The translations under genes were made by a program, and so were the position numbers. A stretch of DNA of 64,000 nt from an uncultured Planctomycetia bacterium (lineage in GTDB: Bacteria > Omnitrophota > Gorgyraeia > VGKH01 > JBHPFN01). Positions 1 through 7,953 of this stretch are shown here, piece after piece (the first letter of the stretch is position 1; every line of letters starts with the position of its first letter). Below the pieces are notes generated by a model, which ran no database searches, was not told the DNA's origin, and was given only the letters and a program-made list of their open reading frames with translations. The stretch is from positions 3,933 to 67,932 of the forward strand of contig CAYOSQ010000008.1 of NCBI GenBank assembly GCA_964406665.1, written 5' to 3'.

Positions 1-2
1 AA

Positions 3-551
3 GATTTAAATGTTCATTATTTTAATAAGTTTGATGGTGCAGCGTATGCTCGGCAAATTGATACAACCAGAAAACTATCTTTAGAAGAATCTGTTAGAAT
101 AATTGATACTAAGAAAACCGCAAGACTTTTTGCTGATTTAGAACTAATAGAATCAAGAATAGATGATGATTTTGTTATCTATAAAATGAAAATTGTTTTT
201 AATAATACAGGGAATAAGCCAGCTACTAATGTTCTGGGTATGTTTTTATTTGATTATACTAAGAAAGAAAATAAGAAGGAAAATATCGAAGTAGAGTTTT
301 TTGATACACATAATATTACGGAAACCTCGATTATTAATACTTGCTCTAAAAGTTTTCAACAAAATTTTAACCAGCTTTTTTATCCAGGACGACCTGTAGT
401 TGTTGGTTTCTTCACGGTTAGATTTTTGAGAGCAGCACCGATTCAGTTGATTCTTGAAATAGATGAACAATATAGTCGCTCCAAGCAAGCGTTTGTTTTT
501 ACTGAAGTTGAATTTAATAAGCTTTCAAAGAATTTTTCTTTATATCATTAG
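3..551 (+). CDS. 5'-truncated hypothetical protein, possibly ending an AlbA_2/Schlafen-like domain followed by a beta-rich C-terminal domain
   Basis: Frame is open from base 3 (DLNVHYFNKFDGAAYARQIDTTRKLSLEESVRII...), so the ORF at 186 extends off the window edge. DGAAYARQIDTTRKLSLEE resembles the YxRxGxxxxxLSxxEI tail of AlbA_2 domains. Confidence 0.5.
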   Translation, partial: DLNVHYFNKFDGAAYARQIDTTRKLSLEESVRIIDTKKTARLFADLELIESRIDDDFVIYKMKIVFNNTGNKPATNVLGMFLFDYTKKENKKENIEVEFFDTHNITETSIINTCSKSFQQNFNQLFYPGRPVVVGFFTVRFLRAAPIQLILEIDEQYSRSKQAFVFTEVEFNKLSKNFSLYH

Positions 552-567
552 AAAAAAAGGAATAAAA

Positions 568-689
568 GGGACGGTATTAATTAATTCAACGAAATTCCGG
601 GGACATACATTTAATTCGATGATAGGTACACCTGCTCGCTTAGCTCGCGGGTGTTGGCTTCTGCTGCATGTAGAACGAAGGCAGAAGCC
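568..689. repeat. REP-like palindromes and GGGAC-tagged direct repeats
   Basis: gggac...ttaattc at 568-587 and 600-617; hairpin acacctgc(628-635)/gcgggtgt(647-654); perfect 9-bp stem ggcttctgc(656-664)/gcagaagcc(681-689). Confidence 0.55.
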
Positions 690-707
690 TAAGGTTTAAA
701 TATTAAT

Positions 708-1082
708 ATGACCAAAAGAGATATTAAATATATTGTTATTTTCGCTGCGATTGGATTGCTTATCGTTACCTTCGGGCTTTTAAGGGTAGAGTTTGGATTT
801 TTGCAGGAAGAATCAATAGATTTAGTGCTTTGGGTTTTAGGCGGACCGGTTAGCTTAAGCGTAGTTTATATTAGCTTGGGCGACATAACTGCTTCAATTC
901 TATTTGTTGTCTACTATTGTTTTCTGGGATTATTGATTTCACGGCTGTTGCTTTTAAAAAGAAAGTCTCTAAAGATATGTTTGATTTTTGCGCTTATTGT
1001 TCTACAGGCATATATAGGATACTCTGCCAGTGAAATTTTTAAACAAAAGCTTACGCGGGCATTAGAGAGTTTAGTTAAGTAG
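708..1082 (+). CDS. small multi-pass membrane protein, hypothetical
   Basis: 124 aa with about 4 hydrophobic segments; no family motif recognised. Confidence 0.7.
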   Translation: MTKRDIKYIVIFAAIGLLIVTFGLLRVEFGFLQEESIDLVLWVLGGPVSLSVVYISLGDITASILFVVYYCFLGLLISRLLLLKRKSLKICLIFALIVLQAYIGYSASEIFKQKLTRALESLVK

Positions 1083-1086
1083 ATTT

Positions 1087-1385
1087 TTGGGACGTGTCTA
1101 CCAACAGGTAGGCACGTCCCAAGTTGATGATTTAGCCCCGCAAAAGGCGCGGGATTGAGCATTTCTTATAATTTACATTCCTGCGACTTTCAGTCGCTGT
1201 CTGTAAATTATGAAATGCTCTAAAGTTCCGGCCGTTGGCTTCCGCCATTGATGCGGTGGCGGGCTCATTTAAGGAAACTCCTGTTCAGTCACTAGGTCGT
1301 GACTTCGCGGAGTAAATTCGCGTGGTTGACTTGACGTTCCTGCGACCTTCGGTCGCTGTCCGTAAGTCAGACGCTCATTTAGGGA
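1087..1385. repeat. cluster of five GC-rich hairpins, including two copies of a ttcctGCGACYttcRGTCGCtgtc motif
   Basis: Stems at 1087-1122, 1157-1220, 1242-1262, 1277-1313 and 1327-1369; near-identical 13-mer gctcattta(a/g)gga at 1263-1275 and 1373-1385. Confidence 0.75.
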
Positions 1386-1392
1386 GGGTAAA

Positions 1393-1773
1393 ATGTCGCT
1401 AGAGATAAATGTTGTTGAGAAAAAAGATAATGTTTTTTTGGTTAATTTAAAAGGCTCTCTTGATTCTGATACGAGCAAAGACCTAAAAACCAGTTTAAAA
1501 GAAATTATTAAGCAAGAAACAAAAGCAGTAATTCTTGATATGGGAGGCCTTGATTATATAAGTAGTGTAGGCATAGGTGTTGTTATGTGGGCAAAAAAAA
1601 CTTTAGAAGAACAGTATAATACTTTCGCTATGGTAAATTTACAGCCTAAAATTAAGAATATCTTTGATGTAATGAAACTGCTTCCTATAATGAACATATT
1701 CCAGGAGATGCCCGAAGCAGATAAGTATATTGATCAGATAATAAACGAAGAAATGCAAAGGGAGGATATATGA
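1393..1773 (+). CDS. STAS-domain anti-anti-sigma factor (SpoIIAA/RsbV-like)
   Basis: LKGSLDSDT and VILDMGGLDYISSVGIG (phosphorylatable Ser motif); RBS gggagg. Confidence 0.9.
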   Translation: MSLEINVVEKKDNVFLVNLKGSLDSDTSKDLKTSLKEIIKQETKAVILDMGGLDYISSVGIGVVMWAKKTLEEQYNTFAMVNLQPKIKNIFDVMKLLPIMNIFQEMPEADKYIDQIINEEMQREDI

Positions 1774-2789
1774 AACTTAAGATCTCTTTTGTTGATATAG
1801 AAGATCAATGGGAGATTGATCATCTTAAAGGGCAATTAGAAGATGTAGCCCAGATAAAGAATTTCAAAGAGACGGCAGATCTTGTTCTTGAGAAAATCAA
1901 AGATACTGAAGTACTCTCAACATTTATTAATTCAAAAGTTAACAACAAAGTTATTGATGCCCTGCCTAATCTAAAACTCATAGCAACACGCTCCACCGGA
2001 TTTGATCACATAGATGCAGAATATGCAAAGTCAAAAGGAATAGTAGTTACAAATGTTCCAACTTATGGAGAAAATACTGTTGCAGAACATACCTTTGCTC
2101 TTATTTTATCACTAGCTAGAAACCTTAAAAAGGCACATTTAAAGGCTGATGAGGGTGATTTTTCTATAAAAGATTTAATGGGTTTTGATCTAAAGGGGAA
2201 AACATTAGGTGTTGTAGGAACCGGGCACATTGGTTTGCGAGTAATAAAAATAGCTGTGGGATTTGGTATGAAGGTTATAGCATTTAGCCGTACTGCAAAT
2301 CAGTTCTTATCAGAAGTTTTAGGATATGAGATCGTAGATCTGGAAACTCTTTTAAAAGAGTCGGACATTATAAGCCTGCATTGTCCTCACAACAAGCATA
2401 CTCATTATATGATTAACGAAAAGAACATTGAATTAATAAAAAAAGGAGCTGTTTTAATTAATACTGCACGAGGTGGATTGGTTGATTTAGGCGCACTTAC
2501 AAAAGCCCTGGATAAAAAAATACTTGCCGGTGCTGCCTTAGATGTCTTGGAAGAAGAAGGCATGATTATAGAAGATAAGCAGCTTTTATTGAGAAGAAAG
2601 AATGATTTGCAAAGTCCGGAAAAACTCCAACAGATGCTCAGAAGTGGTTTTCTTCTGAAAAGAAAAAATGTAATATTTACTCCACATATTGGTTTTTATT
2701 CGAAAGAGGCATTGCAGAGAATCTTAGATACTACAATAGATAATATTAAGAGTTATATGAAAGAAGCTCCTGTAAATACTGTTTGTTAG
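1770..2789 (+). CDS. D-2-hydroxyacid dehydrogenase (D-lactate dehydrogenase-like)
   Basis: RSTGFDHID, VAEH, GVVGTGHIG (Rossmann), INTARG, LDVLEEE, TPHIGFYS. Confidence 0.9.
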   Translation: MKLKISFVDIEDQWEIDHLKGQLEDVAQIKNFKETADLVLEKIKDTEVLSTFINSKVNNKVIDALPNLKLIATRSTGFDHIDAEYAKSKGIVVTNVPTYGENTVAEHTFALILSLARNLKKAHLKADEGDFSIKDLMGFDLKGKTLGVVGTGHIGLRVIKIAVGFGMKVIAFSRTANQFLSEVLGYEIVDLETLLKESDIISLHCPHNKHTHYMINEKNIELIKKGAVLINTARGGLVDLGALTKALDKKILAGAALDVLEEEGMIIEDKQLLLRRKNDLQSPEKLQQMLRSGFLLKRKNVIFTPHIGFYSKEALQRILDTTIDNIKSYMKEAPVNTVC

Positions 2790-2811
2790 TTTTGTAGTTT
2801 AGTGCTACACT

Positions 2812-2899
2812 TATAATAAATTTCTGTATATAGGAGATGTTTTCGGGCGAGATATAGCTTAAGGCGCCCTAAACTATACAGATAAAGTGCCTTTAGGAG
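2812..2899 (+). promoter_or_regulatory. -10 box plus candidate structured 5' leader with an alternative RBS-sequestering pairing
   Basis: TATAAT 2812-2817; stems tctgtata/tatacaga and gggcg/cgccc; cctaaa (2868-2873) is complementary to tttagg (2892-2897), which overlaps the RBS. Confidence 0.4.
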
Positions 2900-2908
2900 A
2901 AAAATACT

Positions 2909-3121
2909 ATGTCGATTGACGGTTACAAAGATTATCAACGTAGAGAATTCTGCAAGGATATTAAGTGTCCTGTACAGCTTAAGCTTGATGTTCAAGATGC
3001 CGGATCAGATGCTTACGAAGAAATACGAGCCATCTGTAAATCAGATTGCAGGTATACAACATTTCAGTTTCATCATTGGCTTATCGATAAGGGTTATCAG
3101 ATAGTAAGGCCAGAAAAATAA
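2909..3121 (+). CDS. small Cys/His-rich putative metal-binding protein
   Basis: RBS aggag; CKDIKC...CKSDC...FHHW in 70 aa; first gene of the lsrF operon. Confidence 0.75.
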   Translation: MSIDGYKDYQRREFCKDIKCPVQLKLDVQDAGSDAYEEIRAICKSDCRYTTFQFHHWLIDKGYQIVRPEK

Positions 3122-3150
3122 CGATATTTTCTAAAAGAGGAGCGAATATA

Positions 3151-3939
3151 ATGGATTGGGGAATAGAAAATAGATTGCATAGACTTATGCCTGACGGTAA
3201 GTGTTTTTTTATGCCGATTGACCATGGATATTTTCAGGGTCCAACGCGCTGTCTTGAGAAACCCGGGGAAACCATCAAGCCGTTGCTTCCTTACGTTGAT
3301 GCGATTTTTTGCACTAGAGGAGTGTTGCGTTCGGCAATAGACGCTGCAATTGATAAGCCTATTGTGCTTAGGGTTTCAGGGTGTACGAGTATTATAGGAC
3401 AAGATCTTGCCAATGAAGAGATTACTACTTCTATCGAAGAGGTTATTCGTGTGAACGCAGCTGCGGTAGGGATTTCAATTTTTGTGGGAAGCGAGTACGA
3501 GCGCCAGACATTACTGAATCTTTCTAAAATGGTTAATGACTGTGAGCATTATGGTATCCCTGTAATGGCCGTGACTGCCGTGGGCAGAGAAATGGAGAAA
3601 AGGGATGCACGTTATCTAGCACTCTGTTGCCGTATTGCTGCAGAGCTGGGCGCACGGGTAGTTAAGACGTACTGGTGTGAAGATTTTCAAAAGGTTGTCC
3701 AAGGTTGTCCAGTGCCGGTGATTATGGCTGGAGGTCCTAAGTGTAAGAACGAAAAGGAAGTATTTGATTTTGTTCATGACGGAATGAAAAAGGGCGCTAT
3801 TGGTATTAATTTAGGAAGAAACGTTTGGCAGAGTCCTCATCCTGTTGCAATGGCTAAGGCACTGTATGCGATTATTCATGAAAATGCCTCAGTCAAAAAG
3901 GCTGTTGCAATCTTTAATCAAACCAAAAAAAGTAAATAA
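3151..3939 (+). CDS. lsrF: LsrF-like class I aldolase/thiolase (DhnA family)
   Basis: MDWGIENRL start, DHGYFQGP, Schiff-base Lys in VKTY, AGGPK, GRNVWQ. Confidence 0.85.
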   Translation: MDWGIENRLHRLMPDGKCFFMPIDHGYFQGPTRCLEKPGETIKPLLPYVDAIFCTRGVLRSAIDAAIDKPIVLRVSGCTSIIGQDLANEEITTSIEEVIRVNAAAVGISIFVGSEYERQTLLNLSKMVNDCEHYGIPVMAVTAVGREMEKRDARYLALCCRIAAELGARVVKTYWCEDFQKVVQGCPVPVIMAGGPKCKNEKEVFDFVHDGMKKGAIGINLGRNVWQSPHPVAMAKALYAIIHENASVKKAVAIFNQTKKSK

Positions 3940-3941
3940 AT

Positions 3942-4943
3942 ATGCGCGTTGCAGTTTATCACAATAATCGCGACATTCGTATCGAAGAGATGTCGATTCC
4001 TGTCATTGGGCCTGGGGAGATTTTAGTTAAGGTTCTCGCCAGCGGCATTTGCGGTACTGATGTAATGCAGTGGTATAGAATCAAAAAAGCCCCCCGTATA
4101 CTAGGCCATGAAATTGCCGGTATCATCTCCGAGTCCCAATCTCCACAATTTAAAAAAGGTCAGAGAGTTTTTGTCAGCCATCACGTTCCTTGTAATGAAT
4201 GCAAGCATTGCCTGGCAGGAAATCACACCGCGTGTGAAACATTACATACAGGTAATTATGACCCCGGAGGATATAGTGAATTTGTCCGCGTACCCCTTCT
4301 TAACGTAGAACGGGGCGTGTATGTATTGTCTGACGAAGTATCTTTTGATGAAGGCACTATGATTGAGCCCTTAGCCTGTGCGGTAAGGGGTTTACGGGTA
4401 ATTGGTGTAAAGAAAAATCATACGGTATTGATTTTAGGAAGCGGCGTATCCGGACTGTTGAATATTCAATTAGCCAAACAAAAAGGCGCCCATGTTATCG
4501 CAACGGATATCAATAAATATCGATTAGGCAAGGCAAAAGAATTTGGCGCGGATGAAGTAATCGATGCCCGAGAGGAATTATCTGTTAAGGCAGACCGGAT
4601 TATTATTTGTACGGGAGCGATGGAGGCGGCGGGGCAGGCATTTCGCAACATCGAGAGAAAAGGTATAATACTTTTTTTTGCAATTCCTAATCAAGATGTT
4701 GCAATTCCGATTGTTGATTTTTGGAGGAATGAAATAACGGTTACCTCATCGTATGGCGCTGCTCCCCTAGATTTAGAAGAGGCGATTGAACTTATACAAA
4801 GCAAAAAAGTAAACGTCAAGGATGTAATAACACATAGTTTTCCTTTAGAGAGGATTCAAGAAGGGTTTGAAATAGTTTCTACCGCTAAAGAATCTTTAAA
4901 AGTTGTTGTTGAACCGAATGAAGAGAGAGAAGAAATATCTTGA
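3942..4943 (+). CDS. Zn-dependent alcohol dehydrogenase (sorbitol/iditol dehydrogenase-like)
   Basis: GICGTD, GHE, CxxCxxCx7C structural Zn site, EPLAC, GSGVSG. Confidence 0.9.
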   Translation: MRVAVYHNNRDIRIEEMSIPVIGPGEILVKVLASGICGTDVMQWYRIKKAPRILGHEIAGIISESQSPQFKKGQRVFVSHHVPCNECKHCLAGNHTACETLHTGNYDPGGYSEFVRVPLLNVERGVYVLSDEVSFDEGTMIEPLACAVRGLRVIGVKKNHTVLILGSGVSGLLNIQLAKQKGAHVIATDINKYRLGKAKEFGADEVIDAREELSVKADRIIICTGAMEAAGQAFRNIERKGIILFFAIPNQDVAIPIVDFWRNEITVTSSYGAAPLDLEEAIELIQSKKVNVKDVITHSFPLERIQEGFEIVSTAKESLKVVVEPNEEREEIS

Positions 4944-4971
4944 CATAATGATACTACAGCAGTATCATTAT
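4940..4971 (+). promoter_or_regulatory. sigma70-type promoter with an overlapping perfect palindromic operator
   Basis: TTGACA(4940-4945)-N17-TATCAT(4963-4968); ATAATGATACT-N5-AGTATCATTAT (4945-4971). Confidence 0.65.
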
Positions 4972-5013
4972 ATCTTAAGTTAAATATTTACTTTTATGTA
5001 AAGGAGGCAGGAA

Positions 5014-5529
5014 GTGAAGAAAACGTATTTAATTTTTGGTTTTATTTTGGTTTTATTGTTGGGTTTTGTTTTATGCTCAGCAGTTGATTTGTTAGCTCAG
5101 CCGGCGGATGAAGAGGAGGAAGAGGAGATAATGGCACGTCCGAATCCTATGGAACATACAACAAAGGGTGGCTCGAAAGTAATGTTGAAAGAGATGCCTT
5201 TTAGAGGTGCTGCTGATCCAGGTGCAAATGAAGTTGGAGTTCCAGCAACACAATTAACCGGTGAAACACAAGGTAAAGTAAATACCGAGCAACAAGGACA
5301 GGTTAAATCAACAGGTCAGGCAAGTGTCGAAGGGGTAGCCGGAGAAAGTCCGGTTACAAGTTCTGCTGCTAGTGCATTCGGTTGGGATTCAGGAACCAAA
5401 GGCCCTGTAGGTGGAGATCCGGTAAATCCAGCGGCAGATGTTAGCTGGGATCCTACAGATATTAATGCTGATGTAAGCAGTTTTGGAAATACAGCTAATC
5501 AGGCAGGATACGTCGGAGAAGGTTTTTAA
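5014..5529 (+). CDS. secreted, low-complexity/disordered hypothetical protein
   Basis: GTG start with aaggagg RBS; N-terminal signal peptide, poly-Glu run, G/A/S/T/P-rich body. Confidence 0.75.
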   Translation: MKKTYLIFGFILVLLLGFVLCSAVDLLAQPADEEEEEEIMARPNPMEHTTKGGSKVMLKEMPFRGAADPGANEVGVPATQLTGETQGKVNTEQQGQVKSTGQASVEGVAGESPVTSSAASAFGWDSGTKGPVGGDPVNPAADVSWDPTDINADVSSFGNTANQAGYVGEGF

Positions 5530-5572
5530 TCATTTCGATTAAATTTGGCTTAAAAGATTTTTTGTTTTAAAG

Positions 5573-5600
5573 TTGACAGCTGTATAGTTTTTGATAGAAT
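5573..5600 (+). promoter_or_regulatory. sigma70-type promoter for the pfl leader
   Basis: TTGACA(5573-5578)-N16-TAGAAT(5595-5600). Confidence 0.65.
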
Positions 5601-5617
5601 TAAATAACAATTTGGAG

Positions 5618-5692
5618 AAAGCGCAACCGGCGGTAAACATGGGAAACCATGGAGGAGCGCTTTAAAAAAATAGAAAAATCGAACGCCTGGGT
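5618..5692 (+). ncRNA. ZMP/ZTP (pfl motif) riboswitch aptamer
   Basis: P1 aaagcg/cgcttt; AAC-CGGCG junction; P2 catg-ggaaac-catg; A-rich linker; P3 atcgaaCGCCtgggt with a GGCG/CGCC pseudoknot; directly upstream of pflB. Confidence 0.9.
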
Positions 5693-5723
5693 TTTTAAAA
5701 ACTCGGGCGTTTTTATTTTTTTT
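5682..5723 (+). terminator. intrinsic terminator (riboswitch expression platform)
   Basis: aacgcctgggttt/aaactcgggcgtt stem followed by a long T tract; overlaps P3 of the aptamer. Confidence 0.85.
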
Positions 5724-5737
5724 CAAGGAGGTGCGCA

Positions 5738-7948
5738 ATGCATTTAAGAGGAAGATGGGATAAAACAATTGATGTAAGAGATTTTATTAACAGAAATTAT
5801 ACTCCCTATGATGGCGACGAGACTTTTTTAAGCGGTCCAACCAAAAGGACTAACAAATTATGGGATAAATGTCTTAAGCTTTATGATGAGGAGCACAAAA
5901 GAGGCGGAGTTTATGATGTGGATGTTTCAACCGTATCTACAGTTACCAGTCACAAAGCAGGCTACATTGACAAAGACAAGGAAATCATTAAGGGATTGCA
6001 GACTGATAAACCGCTAAAAAGGGCTATAAAGCCATTAGGCGGAATACGCGTAGTTGAACAAGCATGTAAAGATTATGGTTATGAGTTAGATAGTAGAATT
6101 AAAGAAATATATCTTAAGTATCGCAAGACACATAATGATGTGGTGTTTGATTCTTATACTGAAGATGTTATGAAAGCCAGGCACTCAGGGCTTATCACGG
6201 GTTTGCCGGATAATTATTCCCGGGGAAGAATTATCGGAGATTATAGAAGGGTTGCTTTATATGGCATTGATAAGCTTATTAAGGCGAAGAAGCATGATAA
6301 GAAATTATTTGAGGATTATTCTTCACAACAGGCAATTCGCTTAAGAGAAGAAATCGCCGAACAAATAAATGCCTTAGAAGATATTATTACTTTAGGCAAG
6401 ATATATGATTGCGATCTGACCCGTCCGGCTGAGAATGCTCAAGAAGCAATCCAATGGACATATTTAGCATATCTTGCATCGATTAAAGAACAGGATGGGG
6501 CTGCGATGAGCTTAGGAAGTGTGAGCAACTTTTTTGATGTCTATATCGAAAGAGATATTAAGAAAGGATTATTAACAGAAGATCAGGCTCAGGAATTAGT
6601 AGATGATTTTGTAATAAAATTAAGGATGGTTAGGCATCTGCGTTCTAAGTCTTACTCTGAAATATTCGCCGGTGATCCGGTATGGGTTACAGAAAGCATT
6701 GCCGGTGTTGGCGTCGATGGAAGGCATAAGGTAACAAAAACATCGTATAGATTTTTGCAGACTCTGTTTAATTTAGGCCCGGCACCGGAGCCGAATTTGA
6801 CAGTGCTCTGGTCAAGTAGACTTCCGGATAATTTTAAAAGGTTTTGTGCCAAGGTTTCTATAAAGACAAGCTCAATCCAGTTTGAGAATGATGACATCAT
6901 GCGCTTAATCGGAGGAGATGATTATAGTATTTCTTGCTGTGTTTCTCTTTTAAAGAACGGAAGTGAGATGCAGTATTTTGGCGCCAGATGTAATCTGGGT
7001 AAAGTTTTATTGTATGCTTTAAACGAAGGTAGGGATGAGGTTACCGGAGAGAAGGTTGTCCCGGATATTTCACCGATAAAGACAAATCCGCTTGACCATG
7101 ATGAAGTAAAGCAGCGTTTTCTACAGGTTTTGCGCTGGACCACCAAAACATACATAGAGGCACTCAATATTATTCATTCAGTTCACGATGTTTATTATTA
7201 TGAAAGAGCTCAGATGGCTCTTTTAGATACTGAGCTTACCCGTTACATGGCTTTTGGAATTGCCGGATTGTCCGTTGTAGCAGATTCCTTAAGTGCAATT
7301 CGCTATGCAAAGGTTACTGCAATCCGTAACAAAAAAGGTTTAACCTCAGACTTTAAAATTGATGGTGATTTTTATGCCTTTGGTAATGACGATGATAGGG
7401 CCGATGGTAGAGCGGTGGATTTAGTTACTACTTTTCTCGCTGAAATTAAAAAGCATAAGCTTTACAGGGATTCTCTTCCGGCGGTTTCAATATTAACTAT
7501 TACTTCAAACGTAATGTATGGTAAAAAGACCGGCGCTACTCCGGATGGTAGAAAAAAAGGAGAGCCGTTTGCTCCGGGAGCAAACCCTATGCACGGAAGA
7601 GATAGAAACGGTATAATCGCATCTTTAAATTCTGTCGCCTGTATTCCTTATTCTGAGTGTAGAGACGGGATATCAAATACTTTTACTACTGTTCCTCAAA
7701 CTTTAGGTAAAACTCCCCAGGAGCAGATTTCTAACTTGGTAGGTTTGTTCGAGGGATATTTTATTAAGGGCGCACATCATTTAAATGTAAATGTTTTAGA
7801 TAAAGAAACGCTTAAAGATGCTATGAAGCATCCTCATAAATATCCGCAGTTAACTATAAGGGTGTCTGGTTATGCGGTTCACTTTACAAAGCTTTTGCCC
7901 GATCAGCAAAAAGAGGTGATAGCTAGAACGTTTCATGAAAGCATGTAG
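5738..7948 (+). CDS. pflB: pyruvate formate-lyase
   Basis: [22 protein letters not shown] (Cys-Cys pair), RVSGY glycyl-radical loop. Confidence 0.97.
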   Translation: MHLRGRWDKTIDVRDFINRNYTPYDGDETFLSGPTKRTNKLWDKCLKLYDEEHKRGGVYDVDVSTVSTVTSHKAGYIDKDKEIIKGLQTDKPLKRAIKPLGGIRVVEQACKDYGYELDSRIKEIYLKYRKTHNDVVFDSYTEDVMKARHSGLITGLPDNYSRGRIIGDYRRVALYGIDKLIKAKKHDKKLFEDYSSQQAIRLREEIAEQINALEDIITLGKIYDCDLTRPAENAQEAIQWTYLAYLASIKEQDGAAMSLGSVSNFFDVYIERDIKKGLLTEDQAQELVDDFVIKLRMVRHLRSKSYSEIFAGDPVWVTESIAGVGVDGRHKVTKTSYRFLQTLFNLGPAPEPNLTVLWSSRLPDNFKRFCAKVSIKTSSIQFENDDIMRLIGGDDYSISCCVSLLKNGSEMQYFGARCNLGKVLLYALNEGRDEVTGEKVVPDISPIKTNPLDHDEVKQRFLQVLRWTTKTYIEALNIIHSVHDVYYYERAQMALLDTELTRYMAFGIAGLSVVADSLSAIRYAKVTAIRNKKGLTSDFKIDGDFYAFGNDDDRADGRAVDLVTTFLAEIKKHKLYRDSLPAVSILTITSNVMYGKKTGATPDGRKKGEPFAPGANPMHGRDRNGIIASLNSVACIPYSECRDGISNTFTTVPQTLGKTPQEQISNLVGLFEGYFIKGAHHLNVNVLDKETLKDAMKHPHKYPQLTIRVSGYAVHFTKLLPDQQKEVIARTFHESM

Positions 7949-7953
7949 ATAGG

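Noticed and set aside
1087-1122. 16-bp hairpin as a rho-independent terminator
   Set aside because: The T run precedes the stem on the + strand, so neither strand has a U tract after it.
1087-1385. Hairpin cluster as integron attC sites or a CRISPR array
   Set aside because: No RYYYAAC/GTTRRRY ends on the stems, no integrase or cas gene in the window, and no regular repeat-spacer period.
2831-2895. Fluoride or glycine riboswitch (GGAGAUG start)
   Set aside because: The complementary CUCC/UCRCC segment and other conserved elements are missing, and the downstream genes do not fit; kept only as an unclassified leader.
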